A stretch of 43,775 bases of DNA, from the NCBI GenBank assembly GCA_964492935.1, contig CAZBLF010000005.1, positions 1 through 43,775 on the forward strand, in the 5' to 3' direction. Below, one piece after another: positions 1 through 9,478 of the stretch (positions are counted from its first letter, which is position 1; every line of letters starts with the position of its first letter). Position numbers and translations under genes: made by a program. This DNA comes from an uncultured Methanosarcinales archaeon. GTDB taxonomy: Archaea > Nanobdellota > Nanobdellia > Woesearchaeales > JACPBV01. The notes under the pieces were generated by a model. It made no database searches and had not been told where the DNA came from. It saw nothing but the letters and a program-made list of their open reading frames with translations.

Positions 1-1
1 T

Positions 2-2440
2 ATTCTTGGTGGTGGCGCTAGTGCGGTTACGTTTGGCGTTGCTTTATTTGCGATTGGTGCGGGTTTAGCGGTTGGATTAGGAGCTGTTTCTGCAATTGGG
101 CAGGGTATTGCTGCTTCAGCCGGTATCGAATCGGTTGCTAAAGATGATAAGGCGTTTGGAAAGTCTATTTTATTTTCCGTGTTGCCTGAAACTCAGGCCC
201 TTTATGGATTCTTGATTGCTATTTTATTGTTAGTTGGAGCTGGTGTGTTAGGTGCGGCTCGTTCTGGTATAACGACGGCAATGGGTGTTGTTGCTATCGG
301 TGCTGGATTGGCTGCTGGAGTTGCTGGTATCTCGGCGATTGGACAGGGTATTGCGGCATCATCTGGTATTCGTGCGGTTACTGCTAAACCTAAATCTTTT
401 GGTAAGGCGATCTTATTTTCGGTTCTTCCTGAGACGCAGGCTCTTTATGGATTTTTGATTGCTATCTTGCTTCTTGTTGGGGGCGGCATTTTAGGTGCTG
501 CTAAGGTTGGTTTATCGGTTAATGTGGGTTTGATTGCTGTGGGAGCTGGATTGGCTACTGGTTTAGCTGCGGTTTCTGCATTAGGACAGGGTTTCGCGGC
601 TTCGTCAGGTATTGAAGCTGTTTCTCGTGATGAGAAATCTTTTGGTAAATCTATTCTGTTTTCGGTTCTTCCTGAGACGCAGGCTCTTTATGGATTCTTG
701 ATCGCTATTTTATTGTTAGTTGGAGGCGGCTTATTGGGAGCGGTTAAACAAGGCATTTCGATGTCTGTTGGTTTGATTGCTATTGGTGCTGGGTTAGCTG
801 CAGGTTTGGCTGCGATCTCTGCACTTGGCCAAGGTATTGCTGCTTCATCTGGATTACGTGAAACGGCTAAGAACCCTAAGGCATTTGGTAAGTCGATTTT
901 GTTTTCGGTGTTGCCTGAAACACAGGCATTGTATGGGTTCTTGATTGCTATTCTTTTGTTAGTAGGTGGTGGAATCCTTGGCGGTTCATCTGCTAGCGGT
1001 TTGACGTCTGGTGTAGGCCTCATTGGAATTGGTGCAGGTATTGCTGTTGGTTTAGCTGCTGTCTCGGCTATCGGTCAGGGTATGGCTGCGAGTTCTGGTG
1101 TGAGTGCTACGGCGGCTGATGGAAAGATGTTTGGTAAATCTATTTTGTTTTCGGTGTTACCTGAAACACAGGCATTGTATGGATTTTTAGTTGCTGTTTT
1201 ATTCATGATTGGCGGAGGATTATTTGGTGCGGTGCAAGTCGGTATTACGACGCCGGTCGGACTTATTGTTATTGGAGCTAGCTTATCGGTGGGGATTGCA
1301 GGTATCTCTGCGATTGGACAGGGTATTGCTGCTTCGTCTGGTATTGATGCTGTTGCTGGCGATGAGAAGTCGTTTGGTAAGGCAATTTTGTTTAGTGTGT
1401 TGCCGGAAACTCAGGCATTGTATGGATTTTTAGTTGCCATTCTCTTGTTAGTGGGTGGCGGATTGTTGGGTGCGGTTAAACAGGGCATTACTTTATCAGT
1501 AGGTCTTGTTGCGATTGGAGCTGGTTTAGCAGCTGGTTTAGCTGCGGTTTCTGCACTTGGACAGGGTTTCGCGGCTTCGGCTGGTTTAGCTGCAACGGCG
1601 CGCAATCCTAAATCTTTTGGTAAATCTATCTTATTTTCGGTACTTCCTGAGACGCAGGCATTGTATGGATTCTTGATTGCTATCTTATTGTTAGTGGGTG
1701 GCGGAATCCTTGGTGCGGTGAGTAGTGGTTTAACGGTCGGTATCGGTTTAGTTGCTGTTGGAGCTGGATTAGGCGTTGGATTAAGCGCGTTCTCGGCTGT
1801 TGGACAGGGTATTGTTGCTAGTACGGCTGCAGATGTGGTTAGTACGAACGAGAAATCATTTGGTAAGTCGATCTTATTTTCGGTGTTACCTGAAACGCAG
1901 GCGTTGTATGGGTTCTTGATTGCTATTTTGCTTATTGCTTCGGGCGGTTTGATTGGAGCTGCTACTAGTGAGATTCCGATGTCTATTGGTTTGGTTTCGG
2001 TTGGTGCTGGTTTAGCTGTTGGAATTGCTGGTTTATCAGCACTTGGACAGGGTATTGCTGCTGCATCTGGTGTTGGATCGATTGCGGAGAAGGATAGTGT
2101 CTTTGGTAAATCTATCTTATTTTCGGTGTTGCCGGAGACGCAGGCATTGTATGGAATTATTATTGCTGTTTTATTATTGACTGGAGTTGGATTGTTAGGT
2201 ACACTCAAGACTGGCATTAGTTTGGTACAGGGATTGGGCGGAGTAGGAATTGGATTAACGATGGGACTTGCAGCGGTAAGTGCTGTTGGTCAAGGTATAG
2301 TGTCTGCTTCTTCGATTGGAGGGGTTGTGAGAGATAGTAAGTCTACGGGAAAGAGTTTGGTGTTAAGTGTTATTCCCGAGACATATGCAATATTTGGATT
2401 ATTGATAGCAATACTTTTGCTTATCGGACTACAATTGATA
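2..2440 (+). repeat. Intragenic tandem repeat, 243-bp period (one 246-bp unit)
   Basis: The Pro codon of the PET motif falls at 185, 428, 671, 914, 1160, 1403, 1646, 1889, 2132 and 2375. Confidence 0.95.
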
Positions 2441-2443
2441 TAG
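2..2443 (+). CDS. atpK: A/V-type ATP synthase subunit K (c, proteolipid), multi-hairpin concatemer; 5' end outside the window
   Basis: The frame is open from nt 2 (ILGGGASAVTFGVALFAIGAGLAVGLGAVSAIGQG...). It has ten ~81-aa repeats, each with helix-1 SAxGQG and helix-2 PETQALYG (the last is PETYAIFG), and lies directly upstream of atpE. Confidence 0.96.
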   Translation: MLGGGASAVTFGVALFAIGAGLAVGLGAVSAIGQGIAASAGIESVAKDDKAFGKSILFSVLPETQALYGFLIAILLLVGAGVLGAARSGITTAMGVVAIGAGLAAGVAGISAIGQGIAASSGIRAVTAKPKSFGKAILFSVLPETQALYGFLIAILLLVGGGILGAAKVGLSVNVGLIAVGAGLATGLAAVSALGQGFAASSGIEAVSRDEKSFGKSILFSVLPETQALYGFLIAILLLVGGGLLGAVKQGISMSVGLIAIGAGLAAGLAAISALGQGIAASSGLRETAKNPKAFGKSILFSVLPETQALYGFLIAILLLVGGGILGGSSASGLTSGVGLIGIGAGIAVGLAAVSAIGQGMAASSGVSATAADGKMFGKSILFSVLPETQALYGFLVAVLFMIGGGLFGAVQVGITTPVGLIVIGASLSVGIAGISAIGQGIAASSGIDAVAGDEKSFGKAILFSVLPETQALYGFLVAILLLVGGGLLGAVKQGITLSVGLVAIGAGLAAGLAAVSALGQGFAASAGLAATARNPKSFGKSILFSVLPETQALYGFLIAILLLVGGGILGAVSSGLTVGIGLVAVGAGLGVGLSAFSAVGQGIVASTAADVVSTNEKSFGKSILFSVLPETQALYGFLIAILLIASGGLIGAATSEIPMSIGLVSVGAGLAVGIAGLSALGQGIAAASGVGSIAEKDSVFGKSILFSVLPETQALYGIIIAVLLLTGVGLLGTLKTGISLVQGLGGVGIGLTMGLAAVSAVGQGIVSASSIGGVVRDSKSTGKSLVLSVIPETYAIFGLLIAILLLIGLQLI

Positions 2444-3007
2444 GTGATGAGAATGGATGGTAGCGAACATATAAAAAAGGAAATGCTTGGGGAGGCTCAA
2501 CAAGAAGTTGAGAAGATCGAGAAGGAGGTAGCTGAGAAAGTTACTAGTATGAAGAAAGAACATGCTGCTGCGCGAGAGGCGTATGAAAAACAGCGGACGC
2601 TTGAGAGTAAGCGTGCGGTGCAGCTGTTTAGCGATAAAACGTTAGCACAGTCTCGGTTGCAGGTGAAGAGAAACTACTTGATTGAGCGTGAAAAAGTGGT
2701 TGAGAGCATGGTAAAAAGTGCCGCGAGAATTAGTCATGCTGACAAGGAGTATCAGAAATTTTTGAAAGGGCTTGTGAACGAGCATAAGGGTAGTTTGGAT
2801 GGGAAGATTACGATTCACTGCAATAGCAAAGATGTTTCGTTTGTCAGCGGATTGGTTGATGGTATTGCAGTTGAGGAGGCGGATATTTCTGGTGGTATTA
2901 TCGTCGAAAATGAGGCTGGTAAGAGGATTGACGAGCAGTTATCTGAATCTATTGAACGCGGCATGGACACGATTAGGGAGGTTGTTGTTAAACACCTAGG
3001 AAAATGA
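2444..3007 (+). CDS. atpE: A/V-type ATP synthase subunit E
   Basis: N-terminal coiled coil, C-terminal ISGGIIVE motif, and operon position. The start may be ATG 2453, after GGTGA. Confidence 0.88.
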   Translation: MMRMDGSEHIKKEMLGEAQQEVEKIEKEVAEKVTSMKKEHAAAREAYEKQRTLESKRAVQLFSDKTLAQSRLQVKRNYLIEREKVVESMVKSAARISHADKEYQKFLKGLVNEHKGSLDGKITIHCNSKDVSFVSGLVDGIAVEEADISGGIIVENEAGKRIDEQLSESIERGMDTIREVVVKHLGK

Positions 3008-4038
3008 TTGACGTTACGGTACCTATGGTTGTTTCTGGTGTAACAGTAGCTAGCTTAGTAGTCATTGCTCCAATAACGAAGTATGCCCTAGATATGTATC
3101 CTTACCTGTATGCTAACACGCGCTGTGCGAGTCGTGCTGGTTTATTGTTAACGAAGAAGCATTATGATGATTTGCTGAGTGCTGGATCGATTGAAGAGGT
3201 GTATGGTGGACTGGAGGATAGTTCGTATGCTGGTATTGTTGAACATCACAAGGATTTTTTCTCGTTTTCACGGGCTTTGGAGACGGATTATGGTGAATCT
3301 TTGAAGTGGATGTTGGAGATTAGTCCGAGTGCGGTGAAACAGGTTATTGTTGCGCTTCAGAAAAGAGGCGAGATTAATACGTTGAAGGAGATTATGGGAA
3401 GATTGAAGGAAAAGCAGGAGTTGCCTTCGCTTGCTGGTATTCAGAGCGATGCGCTTCGTGTTAAGTTAGAGGGCATAAAGGATATGCAGGGCTTTCAGGT
3501 TGCATTAGAGGGAAGTAGTTATGGTTCATTATTACAGAGTCTTGATCTTGAGAAGATGGCTGAAATTAATACTTCATTAGATCGCTATTATCTTGAACAG
3601 TTACAGGATGCTATTCTTTCGGTAAAGGATGGCGATGTGAAGGCAGCTTTCACTACCTATGTTACGGTTCTCATTGATTTGTTTAATGTTCGTTTGGCTT
3701 TACGTTCAAAGGGGCAGGTTGAGTATGTTGAGGGTGGTGTGTTGGATGCCGAGGCGTTAGCAGGTGCAACGGATGCTACTCAACTAGAATCGGTCTTTGC
3801 TTCAAGTGTGTATGGCGAAGGCATGAATGGTTTTTCGATGTCGAAACTTGAGCAGGCGTTCTTTGAATATTTAAGGAAGCAGGCCGAGGTGATTGGGGTT
3901 AAGTATACTCTTAAAGCGGGGATGTTGCTTCGCTATCTTATTCAAAAGGAAATTGAGATTAGGAATGTGAACACACTTGTTAAATTAAAGTCGGAGGGGT
4001 TTGATGCGGATGCCATCAGATCGTATGTGGTGATATAA
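3004..4038 (+). CDS. atpC: A/V-type ATP synthase subunit C (d), with a hydrophobic N-terminus
   Basis: YLYANTR, IDLFNVRLALR and KEIEIRNV motifs; ATGA overlap with atpE. Confidence 0.9.
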   Translation: MIDVTVPMVVSGVTVASLVVIAPITKYALDMYPYLYANTRCASRAGLLLTKKHYDDLLSAGSIEEVYGGLEDSSYAGIVEHHKDFFSFSRALETDYGESLKWMLEISPSAVKQVIVALQKRGEINTLKEIMGRLKEKQELPSLAGIQSDALRVKLEGIKDMQGFQVALEGSSYGSLLQSLDLEKMAEINTSLDRYYLEQLQDAILSVKDGDVKAAFTTYVTVLIDLFNVRLALRSKGQVEYVEGGVLDAEALAGATDATQLESVFASSVYGEGMNGFSMSKLEQAFFEYLRKQAEVIGVKYTLKAGMLLRYLIQKEIEIRNVNTLVKLKSEGFDADAIRSYVVI

Positions 4039-4331
4039 TGGAGATAGGGATATTAGCAGATCAGGATACGCTGATGGGTTTTCGGGTAGCTGGCGTTACG
4101 AGAAGCGCTCTCTACAATCCAGAGACGTTGAAAGAGGACTTGAAACAGTTGGATGATGTGGCTATTCTTTTGGTTACGGAAAAGGTGGCTGTGGAAATTA
4201 GGAAATTAGATGTTACGATTACGCCGGTACTGGTGGACGTTCCGGATAAGGACGGAAGTACTGGAAATGCATTATTAGAAATAGCTAGATTGTACGAAGA
4301 GGCAATTGGTGTAAAACTCAAGGAGAACTAG
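4038..4331 (+). CDS. atpF: A/V-type ATP synthase subunit F
   Basis: IGILADQDTLMGFRVAGV and PVLVDVPD motifs; TAATG coupling to atpC. Confidence 0.93.
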   Translation: MEIGILADQDTLMGFRVAGVTRSALYNPETLKEDLKQLDDVAILLVTEKVAVEIRKLDVTITPVLVDVPDKDGSTGNALLEIARLYEEAIGVKLKEN

Positions 4332-4343
4332 GAGGGAAATACA

Positions 4344-6104
4344 ATGGTAGAAGGAATAATCATTAAAATATCAGGACCTGTTGTTGTTGCAAAAGACATG
4401 GCAGGGGTAAAGATGTACGAGGTTGTACGTGTCGGAAAGGAGGGTCTTATCGGCGAAGTTATTGAGCTGTTTAAGGATAAGGCTACGATCCAGGTCTACG
4501 AGGAAACTTCGGGCATGGAGCCGGGCGAGAAGGTTGTGTCGCAGGGGCAATCGTTGTCGGTTGAGCTAGGACCAGGCATTATGGGTAATATCTATGACGG
4601 TATTATGCGACCGTTGAAGCAGATTCAGAAGAAATCGGGTGCGTTTATGGCCCGAGGGATTGACGCTGATGCAATTGACCATAAGAAGAAATGGAAGTTT
4701 GTTGCTACAGCTAAAAAGGGTGACAAGGTAACTCCAGGACAGATTATTGGTGAGGTTGCTGAAACGTCTGCGGTTGTGCATAAGATTATGATCCCGCCGC
4801 GTGTTTCGGGTGAGATTAAGCGTATTGCTAAATCTGGTGAACATACGGTGACTTCTAGTATCGCTACTATTAAGACTGCGGATGGGGATGTTGAGGTTCA
4901 ACTATCTCAGAAATGGCCTGTAAGAAATGCAAGACCTGTAGCTTCGAAAGAGGAGCCTACGATTCCTTTGATTTCTGGACTACGTATCTTGGATACGTTT
5001 AATCCGGTTGCTAAAGGGGGAACTGCAGCTACGCCGGGTGCATTTGGTACTGGAAAAACGGTTACTCAGCAATCACTTGCAAAATGGAGTGATGCAGATA
5101 TTATTGTTTACATTGGATGTGGTGAACGAGGTAATGAGATGACTGATGTTCTGAAAACATTCCCTGAATTGGTTGATCCGCGATCTGGAAAGCCGTTGTT
5201 AGAACGAACAGTTATTATTGCTAACACGTCGAACATGCCGGTTGCTGCAAGAGAGGCTTCGGTATACACCGGTATTACGATAGCTGAATATTTCAGAGAT
5301 ATGGGATATGATGTTGCGCTGATGGCAGATAGTACTAGTCGATGGGCAGAAGCTATGCGTGAGATTTCCTCTAGGTTGGAGGAGATGCCAGGTGAGGAAG
5401 GATATCCAGCTTACTTGTCGACTCGATTAAGTCAGTTTTACGAGCGAGCTGGTAGAGTTAAGCCGCTAGGTGGTGGATCTGGTTCGGTAACTATTATTGG
5501 GGCTATTAGTCCCCCTGGTGGAGACTTTTCGGAACCGGTGACACAGAATACGTTGCGTGTTAACAAGACGTTCTGGGCCTTGGATAAGTCACTTGCATCA
5601 CGAAGACACTTTCCAGCTATTAACTGGTTGACCTCGTATTCGTTGTATTTAGAGACGTTAACGGCGTGGTTTAATGAGCATTCTGGTAGTGATTGGAGAC
5701 AGATGCGTGATACTGCTATGGAATTGTTGCAGAAAGAGGAACAATTGCAGGAGATTGTGCAGTTGGTTGGACCGGATGCGTTGCCAGACAATGAGAGAAT
5801 CATTTTGGAAGTTACGAAGATGTTGCGAGAGGATTTCTTGCAGCAGAATGCGTTCCACGATGAGGATGCGTACTGTCCGATTGAGAAGCAGTATCTGATG
5901 CTGAAGATTATTCTTGAGTTTAATGAAATGGCTCAGGCAGCATTGGAGAAAGGTGGTAAGACTGAAGCGATTGCTAAGATTGAGGTTAAGCAGAAGATTG
6001 CTCGAATGAAGGAAGCTAAGAATGCTACGTTTGGGGATCATTACAAGGAGATGAAAGCCGAAATGAGCTCACAGTTTTCAAAAATCGGAGGTGATGCACA
6101 ATGA
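4344..6104 (+). CDS. atpA: A/V-type ATP synthase catalytic subunit A
   Basis: Walker [18 protein letters not shown] and [17 protein letters not shown] Shine-Dalgarno (SD). Confidence 0.98.
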   Translation: MVEGIIIKISGPVVVAKDMAGVKMYEVVRVGKEGLIGEVIELFKDKATIQVYEETSGMEPGEKVVSQGQSLSVELGPGIMGNIYDGIMRPLKQIQKKSGAFMARGIDADAIDHKKKWKFVATAKKGDKVTPGQIIGEVAETSAVVHKIMIPPRVSGEIKRIAKSGEHTVTSSIATIKTADGDVEVQLSQKWPVRNARPVASKEEPTIPLISGLRILDTFNPVAKGGTAATPGAFGTGKTVTQQSLAKWSDADIIVYIGCGERGNEMTDVLKTFPELVDPRSGKPLLERTVIIANTSNMPVAAREASVYTGITIAEYFRDMGYDVALMADSTSRWAEAMREISSRLEEMPGEEGYPAYLSTRLSQFYERAGRVKPLGGGSGSVTIIGAISPPGGDFSEPVTQNTLRVNKTFWALDKSLASRRHFPAINWLTSYSLYLETLTAWFNEHSGSDWRQMRDTAMELLQKEEQLQEIVQLVGPDALPDNERIILEVTKMLREDFLQQNAFHDEDAYCPIEKQYLMLKIILEFNEMAQAALEKGGKTEAIAKIEVKQKIARMKEAKNATFGDHYKEMKAEMSSQFSKIGGDAQ

Positions 6105-7483
6105 GTAAAGGAGTAGAGTATACTAGTATTCAGGAGATTGCAGGACCTCTTTTGATTGTAGAAGATGTTAAGGATGTTGCCTTTGGGGAACTTGTTGAGA
6201 TTAAGCTTGCGAATGGTGATAAAAGGACTGGTCAGGTTTTGGAGGCTCGAGATGACTTAGCGGTTGTGCAGGTGTTCGAGGGAACTCGAGATCTTGCAAC
6301 GAAGGATATTTCTGTTCGTTTCACAGGAGAGACGATGAAGATTGGGTTATCTAAGGACATTATTGGTCGTATTTTCAATGGAGTAGGTAAGCCTATCGAC
6401 GGTGGACCGGCTATTATTCCGGAGAAGCGAGTGGACGTGAATGGATTGCCTATTAATCCTACGGCGCGAGAATTTCCGGATGAGTTCATTCAGACTGGTG
6501 TAAGCACGATTGATGTGATGAATACTTTGGTTCGTGGTCAGAAATTGCCTATCTTTTCGGAAGCAGGATTGCCGCATAACGAGCTTGCTGCTCAGATTGC
6601 GCGTCAGGCTAAGGTTAAGGGTGATGGTGGTAACTTCGCAGTTGTGTTTGCAGCTATGGGTATCACGTTTGAGGAAAGTCAGTTCTTTATGAAGGATTTC
6701 GAGCGGACTGGTGCCATTGAAAACATGGTTGCTTTCATGAATCTGGCAGACGATCCAGCAATTGAGCGTATTATTACACCTCGTATTGCTTTGTCTGCAG
6801 CTGAATATCTTGCATTTGAGCACGATATGCATATTCTGGTAATATTGACTGATATGACCAATTATTGTGAATCGTTGCGAGAAATTGCAGCGGCTCGAAA
6901 CGAGATTCCTGGTCGTCGTGGTTATCCGGGATACATGTATACGGACCTGGCTATGAATTACGAGCGTGCTGGTAAGATCAAGGGCAAGAAGGGTTCTGTA
7001 ACTCAGATTCCGATCTTGACGATGCCGCAAGGTGATATTTCACATCCGATTCCAGACTTGACGGGATATATTACTGAGGGTCAGATTGTGTTGTCTAAGG
7101 AATTGCATACGAAGGGTATCTATCCTCCGATTAATCCGTTGCCATCTCTTAGTCGTTTAATGAACGAGGGGATTGGTGAAGGTAAAACTCGAGATGATCA
7201 CTCCGGTGTTTCGAATCAGCTGTATACGGTGTATGCAGAAGGTAATGACCTGCGAGACTTGGTTGCGGTTGTTGGTGAGGAAGCTCTATCGGATAGAGAT
7301 AAGACGTTCTTGAAGGGCGCTGAGGCGTTTGAGAGTAACTTTGTGACGCAATCTAAGGACGATAACCGGGATATTGATGCATCCATTGCTATTGGATGGG
7401 ATATCTTCAAATTGATTCCTAAAGCTGAGTTGAAGAAGCTTAAACAGGAACATATTGATGAGAACTTGGGTAAGGGTGAATGA
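6101..7483 (+). CDS. atpB: A/V-type ATP synthase subunit B
   Basis: [24 protein letters not shown] and THP-like [15 protein letters not shown] motifs. Confidence 0.98.
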   Translation: MSKGVEYTSIQEIAGPLLIVEDVKDVAFGELVEIKLANGDKRTGQVLEARDDLAVVQVFEGTRDLATKDISVRFTGETMKIGLSKDIIGRIFNGVGKPIDGGPAIIPEKRVDVNGLPINPTAREFPDEFIQTGVSTIDVMNTLVRGQKLPIFSEAGLPHNELAAQIARQAKVKGDGGNFAVVFAAMGITFEESQFFMKDFERTGAIENMVAFMNLADDPAIERIITPRIALSAAEYLAFEHDMHILVILTDMTNYCESLREIAAARNEIPGRRGYPGYMYTDLAMNYERAGKIKGKKGSVTQIPILTMPQGDISHPIPDLTGYITEGQIVLSKELHTKGIYPPINPLPSLSRLMNEGIGEGKTRDDHSGVSNQLYTVYAEGNDLRDLVAVVGEEALSDRDKTFLKGAEAFESNFVTQSKDDNRDIDASIAIGWDIFKLIPKAELKKLKQEHIDENLGKGE

Positions 7484-7529
7484 AAATGAGTGAGCGTCTT
7501 CGAATCCAGGCAGATGGTGAAGTTGAATA

Positions 7530-8153
7530 ATGGCATCTAAACTGCAGGCGGCAACTCGAATGGAGATGCTGCGGCTTAAGAAGAAGGCTAAGCTAGCTCA
7601 GAAAGGTCACAAATTGCTGAAGGAAAAGCGAGATGCTCTTATTTCGGAGTTCTTTTCTTTTATTGATAAGTTAAAGGCGATTAGAACGGAGATGGAAGGT
7701 AAGCTTGCGAGTGCATACAAATCTCTTATCTTGGCTCAGGCTTTGTCTGGGGCAGCTGAGATTGAGCGGGCTGCATTAGCTTCGAGCGCTGCGTATTCGA
7801 TTGAATCCTCTACTAGTAATATCATGGGTGTTGAGGTGCCTGCGTTCACGGCTGAAGAGAAGAGTTCGGAGGCTGGGTACAGTAAATTATCACCTTCTTT
7901 GGAATTGGATGAGGCAGTTACTAATTTTAAGGAGGCTCTTGCGATTATTATTACCTTGGCTAGTGCTGAGGCTACGGTTCGTAAATTGGCTGCTGAAATT
8001 AAGAAGACGAAAAGGAAAGTGAATGCTTTGGAGAGAATTTTGATTCCTCGGATTAATAACGATATTATCTACATTAAGGTTCGATTAGAGGAGATGGAGC
8101 GAGAGAATTTTGCTCGATTGAAGGTCGTTAAAAGACGTATTGAAGCTCAATAA
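7530..8153 (+). CDS. atpD: A/V-type ATP synthase subunit D
   Basis: TRMEMLRLK, GHKLLKEKRDAL, KTKRKVNALE and LEEMERENF motifs. Confidence 0.97.
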   Translation: MASKLQAATRMEMLRLKKKAKLAQKGHKLLKEKRDALISEFFSFIDKLKAIRTEMEGKLASAYKSLILAQALSGAAEIERAALASSAAYSIESSTSNIMGVEVPAFTAEEKSSEAGYSKLSPSLELDEAVTNFKEALAIIITLASAEATVRKLAAEIKKTKRKVNALERILIPRINNDIIYIKVRLEEMERENFARLKVVKRRIEAQ

Positions 8154-8308
8154 TGGTAAAACCGATTCCCATCTGGCACCGTTGGCAGAAAGATCCTGTG
8201 AAACGTGAACGCATGTTCAAGGTGTTCTTTTTTATGATGGTCTCGGTTAATATTATGATTGTTGTTGGCTTCTTGATTTTTGTTTATTTGTTGGTTAAAA
8301 GGTTGTAG
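8153..8308 (+). CDS. Small single-TM protein, 51 aa (not in the ORF track)
   Basis: MVKPIPIWHRWQKDPVKRERMFKVFFFMMVSVNIMIVVGFLIFVYLLVKRL; its ATG overlaps the atpD stop (TAATG). Confidence 0.7.
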   Translation: MVKPIPIWHRWQKDPVKRERMFKVFFFMMVSVNIMIVVGFLIFVYLLVKRL

Positions 8309-8769
8309 TCTATTAATCACTACTATCTGGGGACAATGACCGAAAGGTTTATATAAGCTTTGAGGGTTGGGATTCAGTTGATGATCTTTTTGAGGCAGAA
8401 GGTGGGAGAGGAGTCTTCCTAAGGCGTGCTTTTAGAAATTATTTCCGTCAAAAGTACGGAGTGGAAAACGAACTCAATCCGAAGAGACTTGAAAGGGAAG
8501 AACTATTCTACAAGAGTCCGGATTTAGATCGTAATAGGCTTGCTGGCGATACACTATCAAATTTCTAAGTTATGAGGTATAAGTAAGTAGATTTATTCTT
8601 TTTCGACTCAAATTCTCCGTAACCTATAAATATGAGTTTAGTTTCAATGTGTTTATGAGTGACATTATTATTAAGATTAAGACCCTTTCTACTAGATGTA
8701 AGACTATGCATTGCTGAAAAGCACCGCATTATCCATTCTCATATACAAAACTAACACGAGGTGAGCGCT

Positions 8770-8868
8770 ATGAACATACAATACGAAAGTAAAAAAATAA
8801 AATCGGCATTTGACGAGTTTGTCTTTTTTGACGTCAACGACCGAGCTGAATCATTTAAGGAGAAATAA
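8770..8868 (+). CDS. Putative micro-protein, 32 aa
   Basis: GAGGTGA SD at 8758-8764 precedes MNIQYESKKIKSAFDEFVFFDVNDRAESFKEK. Confidence 0.4.
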   Translation: MNIQYESKKIKSAFDEFVFFDVNDRAESFKEK

Positions 8869-8966
8869 AAGTGAAGAAAAATAACATGAAGAATAAACAG
8901 ATGTGTACCCGTACTAGATGTAGATCTAGATTTCATACTTACTGAATTTTCTTTTTATAGATAGAA

Positions 8967-9314
8967 TTATTCTATATCTAAAGCTTCCATGATTTTGTTG
9001 AGCTTTTTGTTAATGGTATCTAGATCGTGATTTGAGGGAGCACTGGATACGGGTGCTCTGGGTGCAGCTGAGCGATCGTCGTTCTTGAAACAGTCTCTAC
9101 AGAAGACGGGTTTTCTGGACGTTGGTTTGAAGGGTACTTTAGTGTCCTTACCACAAGCTGCACAGGTAACGTCGGTCATTTGGAGATCCCTTTTACCTTC
9201 ACCGTAGCGTGACTCTCTTTTAAAATCTCTATCAGAATTACCTCTACGGGGTTTACCGCTATAGCTGCGTCTACCTCGTGATTGTTTCGCTTTGTGATCT
9301 TCATATCCTGGCAT
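8967..9314 (-). CDS. CxxC-x17-CxxC domain protein
   Basis: Arg/Gly-rich N-terminus, CAACGKDTKVPFKPTSRKPVFCRDCF, and a C-terminal INKKLNKI coiled segment. Confidence 0.88.
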   Translation of the reverse strand: MPGYEDHKAKQSRGRRSYSGKPRRGNSDRDFKRESRYGEGKRDLQMTDVTCAACGKDTKVPFKPTSRKPVFCRDCFKNDDRSAAPRAPVSSAPSNHDLDTINKKLNKIMEALDIE

Positions 9315-9358
9315 AACGTTTGAGACGTGTGCTTTCTATATAACTGTATGTAAAATGA

Positions 9359-9366
9359 GAAAAAAA
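9359..9366 (-). terminator. Oligo-T terminator after tRNA-Gln
   Basis: The A-run on + is a T-run on - immediately after the discriminator base. Confidence 0.55.
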
Positions 9367-9478
9367 TAGCCCCACCCGGACTTTCAAATCGGCTGCAATA
9401 ATTAACATGCAGTTCGATATTTGAACCGAGGTCCTTCGGCCCAGAACCGAAGATGATTGGCCGCTACACTATGGGGCT
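9367..9478 (-). tRNA. tRNA-Gln(CUG) with a 39-nt intron in the T-loop (9381-9419); CCA not encoded
   Basis: Minus strand reads AGCCCCA TA GTGTAGCGGCCAATCAT C TTCGG TTCTGGG CCGAA GGAC CTCGG TTCAAA[intron]T CCGGG TGGGGCT A. The A1-U72 pair is typical of archaeal tRNA-Gln. Confidence 0.93.

Noticed and set aside
688..2217. Antisense ORFs 688-1023 and 1411-2217
   Set aside because: They are shadow frames of the repetitive atpK gene.
2..2443. Regularly spaced DNA repeats as a CRISPR array
   Set aside because: The 243-bp in-frame period, synonymous variation and homologous 'spacers' show these are coding repeats.
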